In this document: positions 48,277-57,343 of the stretch, one piece after another
How positions within the stretch are numbered: the first letter of the stretch is position 1
How the letters are laid out: each line of letters begins with the position of its first letter
Assembly: GCA_041675085.1 (NCBI GenBank)
Contig: JBAYUN010000004.1
Span: forward strand, 2,032 to 66,031
From: Minisyncoccota bacterium
Lineage (GTDB): Bacteria > Patescibacteriota > Minisyncoccia > Phycocordibacterales > UBA9973
Reading direction: 5' to 3'
Length of the DNA stretch: 64,000 nt
Made by a program: the position numbers and the translations under genes
The notes under the pieces: generated by a model
What the model saw: only the letters and a program-made list of their open reading frames with translations
Told to the model about the DNA's origin: nothing
Database searches by the model: none

Positions 48277-48873
48277 CTATAACTTGTATTCCCCTACTTT
48301 GTCAGCATTAATCAAAGTTATCAAATCTTTCACCATTTTCTTTGGGTCATCTGTCGCTACTATCGTCGGGTTGCCTTTATGACTTTTAGCTACTATATCT
48401 TTCAATTGATCGCCCATCTCCCAAGGACCTTCAAATATTCCTATCGGCTTATTTTCTTGCAAGGCTGTAGTAAAGTTGTGAATAGTACCTACACGCCCAC
48501 AACCACAAATCAGCGCGTCTGTAGAGCGGACTAGAAGTATATCTCTACCTCCATAACCAAAACCTGTGTAGATAACTAAGTCCATGTAATCTATCGGTAG
48601 TTTGTATACTTCTATATGCTCGCGTTCGTTGGCTGCTGGAGAAAATCCTATAACCATACCTCCCTCTTCTTTTGCTCCCATAGCTACCCAAAGAGAGAAT
48701 CCAGTCGCAGCTCCCATGACAAGCACTGCACCATTACGAGCTATTTCGCGACCGAGTTCTTTAGCTTTATCAAGAGCATCGATACCACAATGCCCCGTCT
48801 CAGCAGCACCTGATACACATATCTTCAATACTTTATGACCATGCTTATTTAAATTTAAGTTATTTGGATTCAT
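48277..48873 (-). CDS. TIGR00725/LOG-like Rossmann-fold nucleotide-binding protein
   Basis: ..VSGAAETGHCGIDAL.. and GAATGFS.. patterns; 198 aa. Confidence 0.45.
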   Translation of the reverse strand: MNPNNLNLNKHGHKVLKICVSGAAETGHCGIDALDKAKELGREIARNGAVLVMGAATGFSLWVAMGAKEEGGMVIGFSPAANEREHIEVYKLPIDYMDLVIYTGFGYGGRDILLVRSTDALICGCGRVGTIHNFTTALQENKPIGIFEGPWEMGDQLKDIVAKSHKGNPTIVATDDPKKMVKDLITLINADKVGEYKL

Positions 48874-48880
48874 CCCGTTA

Positions 48881-48974
48881 AATGTTTTTGATTAATTTAT
48901 AATTTAATTATACTTTATTTTTTAATAATTATATTTATTTATCTCTACCCGTTTTTTAAAACATTTAACGGGAT
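48881..48974. promoter_or_regulatory. 17-bp perfect inverted repeat (atcccgttaaatgtttt / aaaacatttaacgggat) enclosing a roughly 58-bp AT-rich spacer
   Basis: Seen directly in the sequence, between the beta-CASP gene stop and the LOG-like gene start. Confidence 0.5.
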
Positions 48975-48993
48975 TCATATTTTAATTATATAA

Positions 48994-50358
48994 TTAACAA
49001 ACAAGCGTAATAACATCCCCTTGATCTGGAGCGTAAGCTTCTAGTCCTAGATTGTCTCTCAACTTTTGAACTAAGAATAAAGCGGATTTTGGCTCACCCA
49101 TGACTACGAAAACTTTCTTTAAAGTCTCAGATGTGTCTTCTACGAAGTTTATAAGATTATCACTGTCTTTGTGTCCTGAATATCCTGAGATAGTAGTGAT
49201 GTGGGCACGGACTTCGACGTATTCACCCGAGATACGTACAGTCTTCACCCCTTCTTGAATCATACGTCCTGGAGTGCCAGCAGATTGATATCCAGTGAGC
49301 AAGAGAGTGTTATTAGGATCAGGCAAGAAATGACGCTCATGATGCACTACACGTCCTCCAGAGGACATACCCGAGCCCGCAATGATGACTTTTGGATTTG
49401 GGAAATGATTGATAGTTTTTGATTCTTCAGATTTGAGAGTGGTGTGAAGTCCAGGGAAATCAAATATGTATTTATCGTGCACCATGACGGCTTTAGCTTC
49501 GTCATTAAAATAATCTTTGTATTTTTTGAAAACTTCAGTGAGCTTAATAGCTAGCGGTGAATCAAAGAAAATAGGCATGACAGGGATTCTTTTATTTTCT
49601 ACTAGTTCGTTCAACTCAAATAGTAATTCTTGGGAACGTTCGAGAGAGAAAGTCGGGATTATCAAAGTCCCCTTTCGGTTATAATTATCTTCTATAGCTT
49701 TCTCCAAGAACTTCCTACGGTCATCACGTGATTCGTGATTTCTGTCTCCATAGACTGATTCCATAATCATATAATCAATATCAGTGACTTTATCTGTATC
49801 GGGTAATATTGGGGAGGGACTGTTGCCAAGGTCTCCTGTGAACAATATCTTTTTGCCATTGTAGACAAATTTAAACATAGATGAGCCTAGGATATGACCT
49901 GCATTTAGCATGGTGACTTCAAGATCAGGTGTGATTTGTATTTTTTCATAATATTTAAAACCAGTCCAAAGATTCATAGCTGTCTTGATATTCTCTGGAG
50001 TATAGATAACATCTAAACCAAATTCAGTATTTTTAGAAAGTATCATTGCCGTATCTTCCATCATAGGCAAAGCGAGCGCCTTGGTCGGTTCGGTAGAATA
50101 GATAGCTCCCTTGAAACCTTCAGAGATTAATTTCGGAATACGTCCAACGTGATCGATATGAGCATGAGTTACAAATAAAATATCTATTTCTTTTGGATCA
50201 TAGGGAAATTTATCCCAGTTCAAATCATCAGCGAGTTTTACACCTTGAGTCAAACCACAATCTATTAATATTTTCTTTCCATCAACTTCAAAAAGAAAAT
50301 TTGCACCAGTTACGGTACCTGTTCCCCCTGCGAATGTTATCTTGGCTACTTTTTGCAT
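48994..50358 (-). CDS. MBL-fold beta-CASP family ribonuclease (RNase J / CPSF-like)
   Basis: HAHIDHVG (HxHxDH); 454 aa. Confidence 0.7.
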   Translation of the reverse strand: MQKVAKITFAGGTGTVTGANFLFEVDGKKILIDCGLTQGVKLADDLNWDKFPYDPKEIDILFVTHAHIDHVGRIPKLISEGFKGAIYSTEPTKALALPMMEDTAMILSKNTEFGLDVIYTPENIKTAMNLWTGFKYYEKIQITPDLEVTMLNAGHILGSSMFKFVYNGKKILFTGDLGNSPSPILPDTDKVTDIDYMIMESVYGDRNHESRDDRRKFLEKAIEDNYNRKGTLIIPTFSLERSQELLFELNELVENKRIPVMPIFFDSPLAIKLTEVFKKYKDYFNDEAKAVMVHDKYIFDFPGLHTTLKSEESKTINHFPNPKVIIAGSGMSSGGRVVHHERHFLPDPNNTLLLTGYQSAGTPGRMIQEGVKTVRISGEYVEVRAHITTISGYSGHKDSDNLINFVEDTSETLKKVFVVMGEPKSALFLVQKLRDNLGLEAYAPDQGDVITLVC

Positions 50359-50376
50359 TTACTAATTATAACTTAT

Positions 50377-50769
50377 TTAATCTCTTTTAGAAATATTTTT
50401 AAAAATTAAATACGCAGATACACCACCAGTAAGATCAGCAATCATATCAGTAGAAGTATCAAACAAATCAAAAGTATTTTTGGCTAATAAATCGTTCACA
50501 ACGATTTCATAAATCTCCCAACCAAAGCCCACAAACAAAACTCCAAGTACGATTTTAATAAAATTATCTTTTGCGAGGTTTTTCTTATCTAAATCTTTAT
50601 AAAAAAGCCACAAGAATACTAAACCCAGCCAAAATCCTCCCAAAAAATGCATTAAAACATCAAACCACCAAATAGAAGAATACCAATACAATTTGCTAGC
50701 AGCAAAATTTAAAGAAAATATAAAAAATACACAAAGAGACAATAATAGAAATAAACTTTTTCTTTTCAT
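50377..50769 (-). CDS. Small membrane protein (VanZ-like, tentative); the ORF extends to 50913
   Basis: Three or four TM helices, ending ..ADLTGGVSAYLIF. Confidence 0.4.
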   Translation of the reverse strand: MKRKSLFLLLSLCVFFIFSLNFAASKLYWYSSIWWFDVLMHFLGGFWLGLVFLWLFYKDLDKKNLAKDNFIKIVLGVLFVGFGWEIYEIVVNDLLAKNTFDLFDTSTDMIADLTGGVSAYLIFKNISKRD

Positions 50770-51092
50770 GATATAAATATTATATATTAAAACTACAAAA
50801 TAAAAAACCCTGTCTACTTTACAGTAAACAGAGTTGTCTATTAGGGCTATCTTTTTTTTATTACCGTAGCTTTTTAGGCTAAGTGGGTGATAGACAATTA
50901 AGACCAAAGTCATAACCGATCGAACCTCCCAAAAAATAATGTTCTAGGTAATAATAAAAAATAACCCTACTTAAATCTTACCTTACTCTAAGAATTTTGC
51001 AAGAATTTTTTTCAAAAAACCACAGAAATTTTTAAAAAACAACTTTGACCATACAAAAAAATTGTGTACCAATTTTTATTTTGTTTGACAAA

Positions 51093-51569
51093 TTAATCTT
51101 TGTGCTCAGCGTAGATAAAATCAGTGTCGATTTTTTTGTATGAGAAGATTTCTTCCTCTCCAAAAAATCTTTTTACTTCTATTTCTCCAGTCTCCACAGA
51201 ATCAGATGCGTGTACGATATTTGATTGAGTAGAAAGTGAATAATCTCCTCTGATTGTACCTGCATTCGCTTCCCAAGCTTTTGTTGGTCCGACGATAAGT
51301 CTGATAGCTGAGACAGCATTGATACCAGATAAAGCCATAACAACAACAGGACAAACTGTCATAAAGTCACGAGTACCTGGGAAAAAAGGCTTGTCTTTGA
51401 TGTGAGCATAGTGCTCTTCTATTAAAGCGTCTTTGATAGACATCATCTTTAAACCTACTATTTTTAATCCTTTTTTCTCGAAACGAGCTATGATTTCCCC
51501 TACTAGATTGCGTTGCAATGCGTCTGGCTTGATAATAATTAAAGATTTCTCTTCATTTGGTCTTGTCAT
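51093..51569 (-). CDS. ndk: Nucleoside diphosphate kinase
   Basis: IIKPDALQRNLVGEII and NIVHASDS. Confidence 0.9.
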   Translation of the reverse strand: MTRPNEEKSLIIIKPDALQRNLVGEIIARFEKKGLKIVGLKMMSIKDALIEEHYAHIKDKPFFPGTRDFMTVCPVVVMALSGINAVSAIRLIVGPTKAWEANAGTIRGDYSLSTQSNIVHASDSVETGEIEVKRFFGEEEIFSYKKIDTDFIYAEHKD

Positions 51570-51639
51570 ATATTTTTACAAATTAAATACTAATATCAAA
51601 ACAATACCATATTTAAAGAGTTTATTCAAATAAAGAAAA

Positions 51640-54399
51640 TTATTGCATTCCACTATAACGAGCCATGATCTCAGACTCTACTTCTTCGCGGTCGCGTCCG
51701 TATTTTAGATATGAAAGTTGTTTCAAACTATCTACTATCTTCATACTACCCTCTTCTGGAGCGAGAGTTTGGATATTGAAAGGTTTGGTCGGTTGACCAC
51801 GGACTAGCATCGATACATACGCATTGTAGTTATCTATCTTAGTAATATCTCTTGCTGTGAAAACTGGTTTGAATTTTGCTTCCAAGAAATTCGCATCCTC
51901 AGGTGAAACACGAAACACAGCCATAGAACCTACGTTACCAAAAACCGCATTCTTGATACCTTCGTCAAGTTGAGAGATGTATTGGTGAGCAACATTTAAG
52001 GACAATCTATATTTACGAGCTTCAGACAAAATAGAAGAAATAGAATCTGTGGTCACGTTTTGGAACTCGTCTATGTATAGATAAAAATCATTCATTTGTT
52101 TTCCAAACATATCGACGCGAGATAGAGCCGCCATCTGAATTTTACCAACAAGCACAAGACCGATAAGGTTCGCGTTAATATCACCCAGACGTCCTTTGGA
52201 TAAATTCACTAAAAGAATCTTTTTCTCGTCCATGATTTTCCTAAAGTTAAATACAGATTCTTGTTGCAAGACTACAGGACGCATAATATCGTTACTGATA
52301 AAGTTGTCGAACTTGGATGAGATATAAGGTACAAAGTTAGCGAGAGATTGATCTCCACTCGTCTCTTCGGCAGATTTCCAGAATTGTTTAATGATAGGGT
52401 TCTTGCATTTCGCCAATTTCATATCACGGAAATTCTTGTCGGCTAGGACGCGAGTAATCTCGAGCATAGTCGAACCAGACTCAGGATCTTCCATCACAAG
52501 AAAAGCACTATTTCTAAAGTATTGCTCAAACATAGCTCCTCCTCCGACTTTCATGTCGAAAAGTTTATTGAAAATACCCATGAGTTCATTGACCACGAAA
52601 GTCTTTTGTTCCGGATAACGTGGATCGAATTCCAACATATTTAGACCCATAGGTCTCTCAGTATAAGCAGGATCGAAGTATATCACATCATCCATACGTT
52701 CACGTGGAATACGAGAAAGTATAGTCTGAATATCTGTACCGTGAGGATCGATATAACAAACTCCATCTCCATTCCTAATATCCTGAGTTATCATATTTAA
52801 CAAGATATTCGTCTTACCTGTTCCTGTCTGACCGATGACGTAAAAGTGACGCATTCTATCTTCGCGAGTCATACGAATAGGAGTCTCACGACCTCGATAA
52901 CTATTCATACCGAGAATAATGCCTTCAGAACCCATATCCATAGGTGCCGGAGCAATACCAGACTTTGCTTCTTTGAGTTGAGACATATTGCCGATACCTA
53001 CAGGGAAATGAAAAATAGAAGCTAGTTCTTTTAGATTTAAAGGCAGAACTTTGTCATGAGAAAAGATACGGAAAGAGAAATCGTGAAAAAGTTTCTTCAA
53101 ACTACTACCGTTCATGCGTTCGAAAACTATAGAGTTACTTGCAACTTCAGTAAATTGGTTGAAAGAGGATTCTATTTCAGTTAGAATAGCGTCGGCTCTT
53201 TCTTTAGTCTCAGCGGAAGTTATAATTCTGATGTTAGCTTTCATGATAGAGCTTTTCAATTTATTATTGATTTTCTCAGGTGCGCCTTCGTCTACTGCTC
53301 TCCTACCCTTCATGAATTTTGGGTCATCCTTTTTTTTAGTAGGACCAAAAAATAAATCTTTAGAAGCATTCAAAAAAGCAACGTGGAATTTATAAAATTT
53401 ATCTGATGCATTTTTAACAGAAGTCCCACTCTTTACATCATCTAAAATTTTGTGAAAATCTACGATAAATTGGTTGCCAGCGGGAGCTATCAAGAGTTGA
53501 ATAGAGGCACCTTCACCTTCGGTTTTGAGTTTAGAAAATACTCCCAAGATATTCTTCATCGGATCATGATCGATATTTTCATAGGTACGTATAGGTAATA
53601 CTGGTTTTTCTGACAAATAAGCATAAGCACCCGAAGAATGACCTTCATTATTAAAAATATTAAAATCGTCTTTTACTTCTTTGACTTTAGCATCATGATA
53701 AAAAGCCAAGATTTGTTTCTCAAAAAGATTTAGATGTTTATTTGGAACACTTGCATATATCACTACTTGATCCGTCTGACTATCTAAAGCTACCTCAAGA
53801 GTAAAATATTCTTCTTTGGGATTATTTTTATCGAGCGAAATAGAAGCCATACCAGCATAAAACTGCTCCATAGCTCCGATAAATTCTTTGAAACTTTTGA
53901 CCTTATCGGCTTCATCCTCTGGAGGAGGTAGAGTAATTTCAAAAAGAGTCATTTTTAAAGCTCGGTCTAAATACCCACCTTCAGTGAGGTCTTTCACTAT
54001 TTCACCTGTTTTTAAATATTGGATTAAAAGCCTGTGAAAATCATCATCGATATGAGGATTGTTCATCGCTTCTACGATAGATAGAGTATTGCGTATACCT
54101 TTTGTTAAAACGAGTCCCAAGAGCTCTTCCATAACAGTATCGTGAAGCTCGGGTTTTAATTTGAGCACAATGCCGTCTTGTTCTTTTTGAGTTAGATTGT
54201 GATTTGTGGCGAGGACTTCTTCTTTTGGCGCTTCTTTATAATCGAGAATAGTTTCAGTCACAACCGCATTTTCTGCACTTTCAAAATGACCCAAGCTTAC
54301 TAGCTCTTGTTCTTTTTTTGCAATATGCGCCCGTAAATAAGAAAGTTCTTCTTCAGGGTTTTTAAATTTCGGCATTTCATTTAGAAATGATTTTTCCAT
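51640..54399 (-). CDS. Large soluble P-loop ATPase of the FtsK/HerA/TraD(VirD4) superfamily (type IV coupling-protein-like, no TM anchor); the ORF extends to 54438
   Basis: Walker A GQTGTGKT, DPHG, Walker B FYLYIDEFQ and the coupling-protein-like RKYRLSLNVAHQYISQL. Confidence 0.6.
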   Translation of the reverse strand: MEKSFLNEMPKFKNPEEELSYLRAHIAKKEQELVSLGHFESAENAVVTETILDYKEAPKEEVLATNHNLTQKEQDGIVLKLKPELHDTVMEELLGLVLTKGIRNTLSIVEAMNNPHIDDDFHRLLIQYLKTGEIVKDLTEGGYLDRALKMTLFEITLPPPEDEADKVKSFKEFIGAMEQFYAGMASISLDKNNPKEEYFTLEVALDSQTDQVVIYASVPNKHLNLFEKQILAFYHDAKVKEVKDDFNIFNNEGHSSGAYAYLSEKPVLPIRTYENIDHDPMKNILGVFSKLKTEGEGASIQLLIAPAGNQFIVDFHKILDDVKSGTSVKNASDKFYKFHVAFLNASKDLFFGPTKKKDDPKFMKGRRAVDEGAPEKINNKLKSSIMKANIRIITSAETKERADAILTEIESSFNQFTEVASNSIVFERMNGSSLKKLFHDFSFRIFSHDKVLPLNLKELASIFHFPVGIGNMSQLKEAKSGIAPAPMDMGSEGIILGMNSYRGRETPIRMTREDRMRHFYVIGQTGTGKTNILLNMITQDIRNGDGVCYIDPHGTDIQTILSRIPRERMDDVIYFDPAYTERPMGLNMLEFDPRYPEQKTFVVNELMGIFNKLFDMKVGGGAMFEQYFRNSAFLVMEDPESGSTMLEITRVLADKNFRDMKLAKCKNPIIKQFWKSAEETSGDQSLANFVPYISSKFDNFISNDIMRPVVLQQESVFNFRKIMDEKKILLVNLSKGRLGDINANLIGLVLVGKIQMAALSRVDMFGKQMNDFYLYIDEFQNVTTDSISSILSEARKYRLSLNVAHQYISQLDEGIKNAVFGNVGSMAVFRVSPEDANFLEAKFKPVFTARDITKIDNYNAYVSMLVRGQPTKPFNIQTLAPEEGSMKIVDSLKQLSYLKYGRDREEVESEIMARYSGMQ

Positions 54400-54430
54400 T
54401 TCTAAATTATAGCAAGAAAAAAACATATTA

Positions 54431-54509
54431 AAAAGCAAAATGTTAAAATTTTCATGGTCTGGTTGAGCAAAGCGACCCGAGGACCTGAAAATTTTAATAT
54501 TTTGCTTTT
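54431..54509. promoter_or_regulatory. Imperfect 28-bp inverted repeat with a 22-nt loop, about 35-110 nt upstream of the probable start of the ATPase gene
   Basis: aaaagcaaaatgttaaaattttcatggtc .. gacctgaaaattttaatattttgctttt. Confidence 0.4.
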
Positions 54510-54617
54510 TAATTAAAAAAATAAATAGTATTTAAAAAACGCACATAAAAATCTGCTGATTTTTTGCTATGCTCGGACCGTCGTCCTGTGCAATGTTTTT
54601 TAAATACTATTTCTTTT

Positions 54618-55394
54618 TTATTTTTTAGTTAAAATTTCTCCTCCACTTTTACCTACAGCAATAGTTAATTCAAAGTGCGCGCTGTATTTACCGTCATTGG
54701 TTTTGAAAGTCCAATCATCACTATCAACAAAAACATTTTTAGTTCCCATATTTAGCATCGGCTCGAGAGCGAGGACCATACCTTCTACAAGCTTCTCGCC
54801 TGTACCCTTTTTACCAAAATTCGGCACATAAGGATCTTCGTGAATATATTTCCCAACTCCATGCCCAGAGAGAATATCGACAATCCCGTATTTATGTTTT
54901 TGTTTTCTTACAAAAGTCTCAATAGCATAACCTATATCCCCAACTCTTTTACCAATTTTCGCAGCCTTGATACCTATCATTAGAGCTTCTTCAGTGATTT
55001 GCAAAAGTTTCTTGTATTCATCCTTAATCTCGCCGACAGGTACAGTGATAGCCATATCGGTGAAATAACCCTTGTGCTTTACTCCACAATCAATAGCTAC
55101 GATATCCCCGTCATTCAGAATACGATCAGGACGAGGAATACCATGCACAACTTCGTCGTTAATAGATACGCACAAAGTCGCCGGGAAAGGAGTCTTGGCC
55201 CCGTAAGGTTTATAATTCTTGAAAGCTGGTTCGTCGCCGTATTCACGGATAAGTTTTTCCGCATATTCATCGAGCTCTTTTACCGAAACGCCAGGCGCCA
55301 CCATATCACGCACTTTATAAAGCACGGTAGCTAAATGTTTGCCCCCTTCTCGAATTATCTCTATTTCTTCTTTTGTTTTAATTATTATTGCCAT
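54618..55394 (-). CDS. map: Methionine aminopeptidase type I
   Basis: Metal ligands in AIDCGVKHKGYFTDMA.. and HGVGKYIHEDP. Confidence 0.9.
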   Translation of the reverse strand: MAIIIKTKEEIEIIREGGKHLATVLYKVRDMVAPGVSVKELDEYAEKLIREYGDEPAFKNYKPYGAKTPFPATLCVSINDEVVHGIPRPDRILNDGDIVAIDCGVKHKGYFTDMAITVPVGEIKDEYKKLLQITEEALMIGIKAAKIGKRVGDIGYAIETFVRKQKHKYGIVDILSGHGVGKYIHEDPYVPNFGKKGTGEKLVEGMVLALEPMLNMGTKNVFVDSDDWTFKTNDGKYSAHFELTIAVGKSGGEILTKK

Positions 55395-55397
55395 ATT

Positions 55398-56081
55398 TTA
55401 CGAAATCGTAGTACCTTTGAATTCTTCCCCATCTAAGCATTTAGCTAGATTCTCTATCGGGTTACCATTTAGTATAAAAACAGAGATACCCTCAGCTTCA
55501 GCCATTTTTGAAGCCACAGGATCAAACGGACTAGACAGTCCAGGATTCCATTCAGCTGGTATCAGACTTCTATATTCGCTCCAAGAAATTTTCTCAAATT
55601 TTTTAGCGTCAGGATTCATGCGAGGATCCGAATCATAAACATAATCAATATTGGAAAGATTGATAACTTTTGTAGCGCCGATATTCTTGGCACCCAATAC
55701 TGCACCATAGTCTGTGCTCTGTCCTGGTTTATATGCTGAAGCTACTAAGACTGGTTTCTCAAAATGAAAGTCTAGTGACAAATCTGGGATAACATTATGA
55801 TTTGCATAATCTCCAAACATAACTCTGACTAATTCTGCGTTCAAACGTAGCGCAGCGATACCAATCCAATCCAAATCATCATTCACAGGAGTAGATAAAG
55901 CTTTAGCGCCGTCTTGATATTTGCGACAGATCTTCCCTCCTCCAGTAATTATAAGAAACTTTCTACCTTTATTTACGTGAGATATTATTAATTCTTTAAA
56001 GCTTTTCAGAAATTCAATATCTAGCTCATTCGGAACTATGAGCGATCCACCCAATGAAATTACAAAAGTTTCTTTTTCCAT
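55398..56081 (-). CDS. pyrH: UMP kinase, archaeal-type (amino-acid-kinase family)
   Basis: VISLGGSLIVP.., ITGGGKICRKY and the C-terminal GTTIS resemble archaeal PyrH rather than bacterial PyrH. Confidence 0.65.
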   Translation of the reverse strand: MEKETFVISLGGSLIVPNELDIEFLKSFKELIISHVNKGRKFLIITGGGKICRKYQDGAKALSTPVNDDLDWIGIAALRLNAELVRVMFGDYANHNVIPDLSLDFHFEKPVLVASAYKPGQSTDYGAVLGAKNIGATKVINLSNIDYVYDSDPRMNPDAKKFEKISWSEYRSLIPAEWNPGLSSPFDPVASKMAEAEGISVFILNGNPIENLAKCLDGEEFKGTTIS

Positions 56082-56082
56082 A

Positions 56083-56673
56083 TTAATTATTTAAATTTAA
56101 TGAACTGATAATATCTTGATGAACTTTTTCTATTTCTTGTTGCCCATCAATCTCAATAACTTCTATTCCTTTATTTTTCAAAAATTCCATAGACGGAACG
56201 ACATTGTTCTTGTATTCATCAAATCTCCTCTTTAGACCTTCTTCGGTATCATCTGAACGTCCACGCAACAAATTTCTTCTCATAGCTTCTTCTTCAGAAA
56301 GCTTAATATAAATAATCTTGATATCTGTTCTCTTAAAGAAATTCATTTGTTTCAAAAATTCTTCAGATTGCGATATTGTACGAGGATAACCGTCGGCTAT
56401 CAGGTTCAAGTCTTGATTTAATTCATTGATTAGAATATTTACAAAAATAGAGTTGGTCAAAAAATCAGGTTGGAGACTGCCACGCTCTAAAGTCTCTTTG
56501 ATTAGAGATGAGATTTGATTCTTGGAACTTATTATTTTCCTATATTCGTTACCAGGATAAGCATGAATAGAGTCTTGATTGTTATTTTTCTTTAAAAAAT
56601 CAATCAAGAGATTGATTTGGGTTCCTTTTCCAGAACCAACTATTCCAAAAAAAACAAAAGTTTTAGATTGCAT
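56083..56673 (-). CDS. adk: Adenylate kinase family
   Basis: GIVGSGKGTQ P-loop and an Arg-rich LID (RRNLLRGRSDD). Confidence 0.7.
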   Translation of the reverse strand: MQSKTFVFFGIVGSGKGTQINLLIDFLKKNNNQDSIHAYPGNEYRKIISSKNQISSLIKETLERGSLQPDFLTNSIFVNILINELNQDLNLIADGYPRTISQSEEFLKQMNFFKRTDIKIIYIKLSEEEAMRRNLLRGRSDDTEEGLKRRFDEYKNNVVPSMEFLKNKGIEVIEIDGQQEIEKVHQDIISSLNLNN

Positions 56674-56736
56674 ATGATATAGATAATACAAGATTTAGCT
56701 TGAAAAATCAACATTTTTAGAATAGAATGGATTTAT

Positions 56737-57306
56737 ATGAAAAAAGAGATAATTACTATTAGTGGACTACCTGGAAGCGGCAAAAGTAGCACAGCAGACA
56801 ATGTTGCCAAAAAGTTAGGATTCAGTCGCTTTTCTTCTGGAGATTTTATGAGACGCATAGCTCTCGAAAAAGGAATCAGTCTAAACGAATTATCCAAAAT
56901 AGCAGAACAAGATCAAGGTCAAATAGATAAAGAGATAGATGATAGTGTTACTGAAATGTCAAAAGAAAACAAAGTAGTTTTAGATTCTAGACTCGCTTTT
57001 CATTTTATCCCCAATAGTTTCAAAATCTTTTTAGACCTTCCTCCAGAAATAGCAAAAGAAAGAATCTTGAATAATTTAAAAACAAATACCCTCAGGGCTC
57101 AAAGCGAAAATGCAACTACAACAGATGAGGTGTTCCAAAAAATAACTGAAAGACTAGAGAGTGAAAAAAAGAGGTACCGCGAACTTTATAATCTTGACTA
57201 TACCAATAAAGAAAATTTTGACCTAGTGATAGATACAAATAAAAATAATTTAGAAGAAGTCGTAGAAATAATTCTCAAGGAATATCAGGCTTGGCTACAA
57301 TCTTAA
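56737..57306 (+). CDS. cmk: Cytidylate kinase family
   Basis: ITISGLPGSGKSS..FSSGDFMRRIA. Confidence 0.65.
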   Translation: MKKEIITISGLPGSGKSSTADNVAKKLGFSRFSSGDFMRRIALEKGISLNELSKIAEQDQGQIDKEIDDSVTEMSKENKVVLDSRLAFHFIPNSFKIFLDLPPEIAKERILNNLKTNTLRAQSENATTTDEVFQKITERLESEKKRYRELYNLDYTNKENFDLVIDTNKNNLEEVVEIILKEYQAWLQS

Positions 57307-57343
57307 ATTAAAAATCCTCCCAAATGGGAGGATTTTTAATTTA

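Noticed and set aside
50880-50935. tRNA-like T-loop motif (ggaggttcgatcgg on the minus strand)
   Set aside because: No acceptor, D or anticodon stems could be built around it. It is most likely a chance GTTCGATC occurrence in the spacer.
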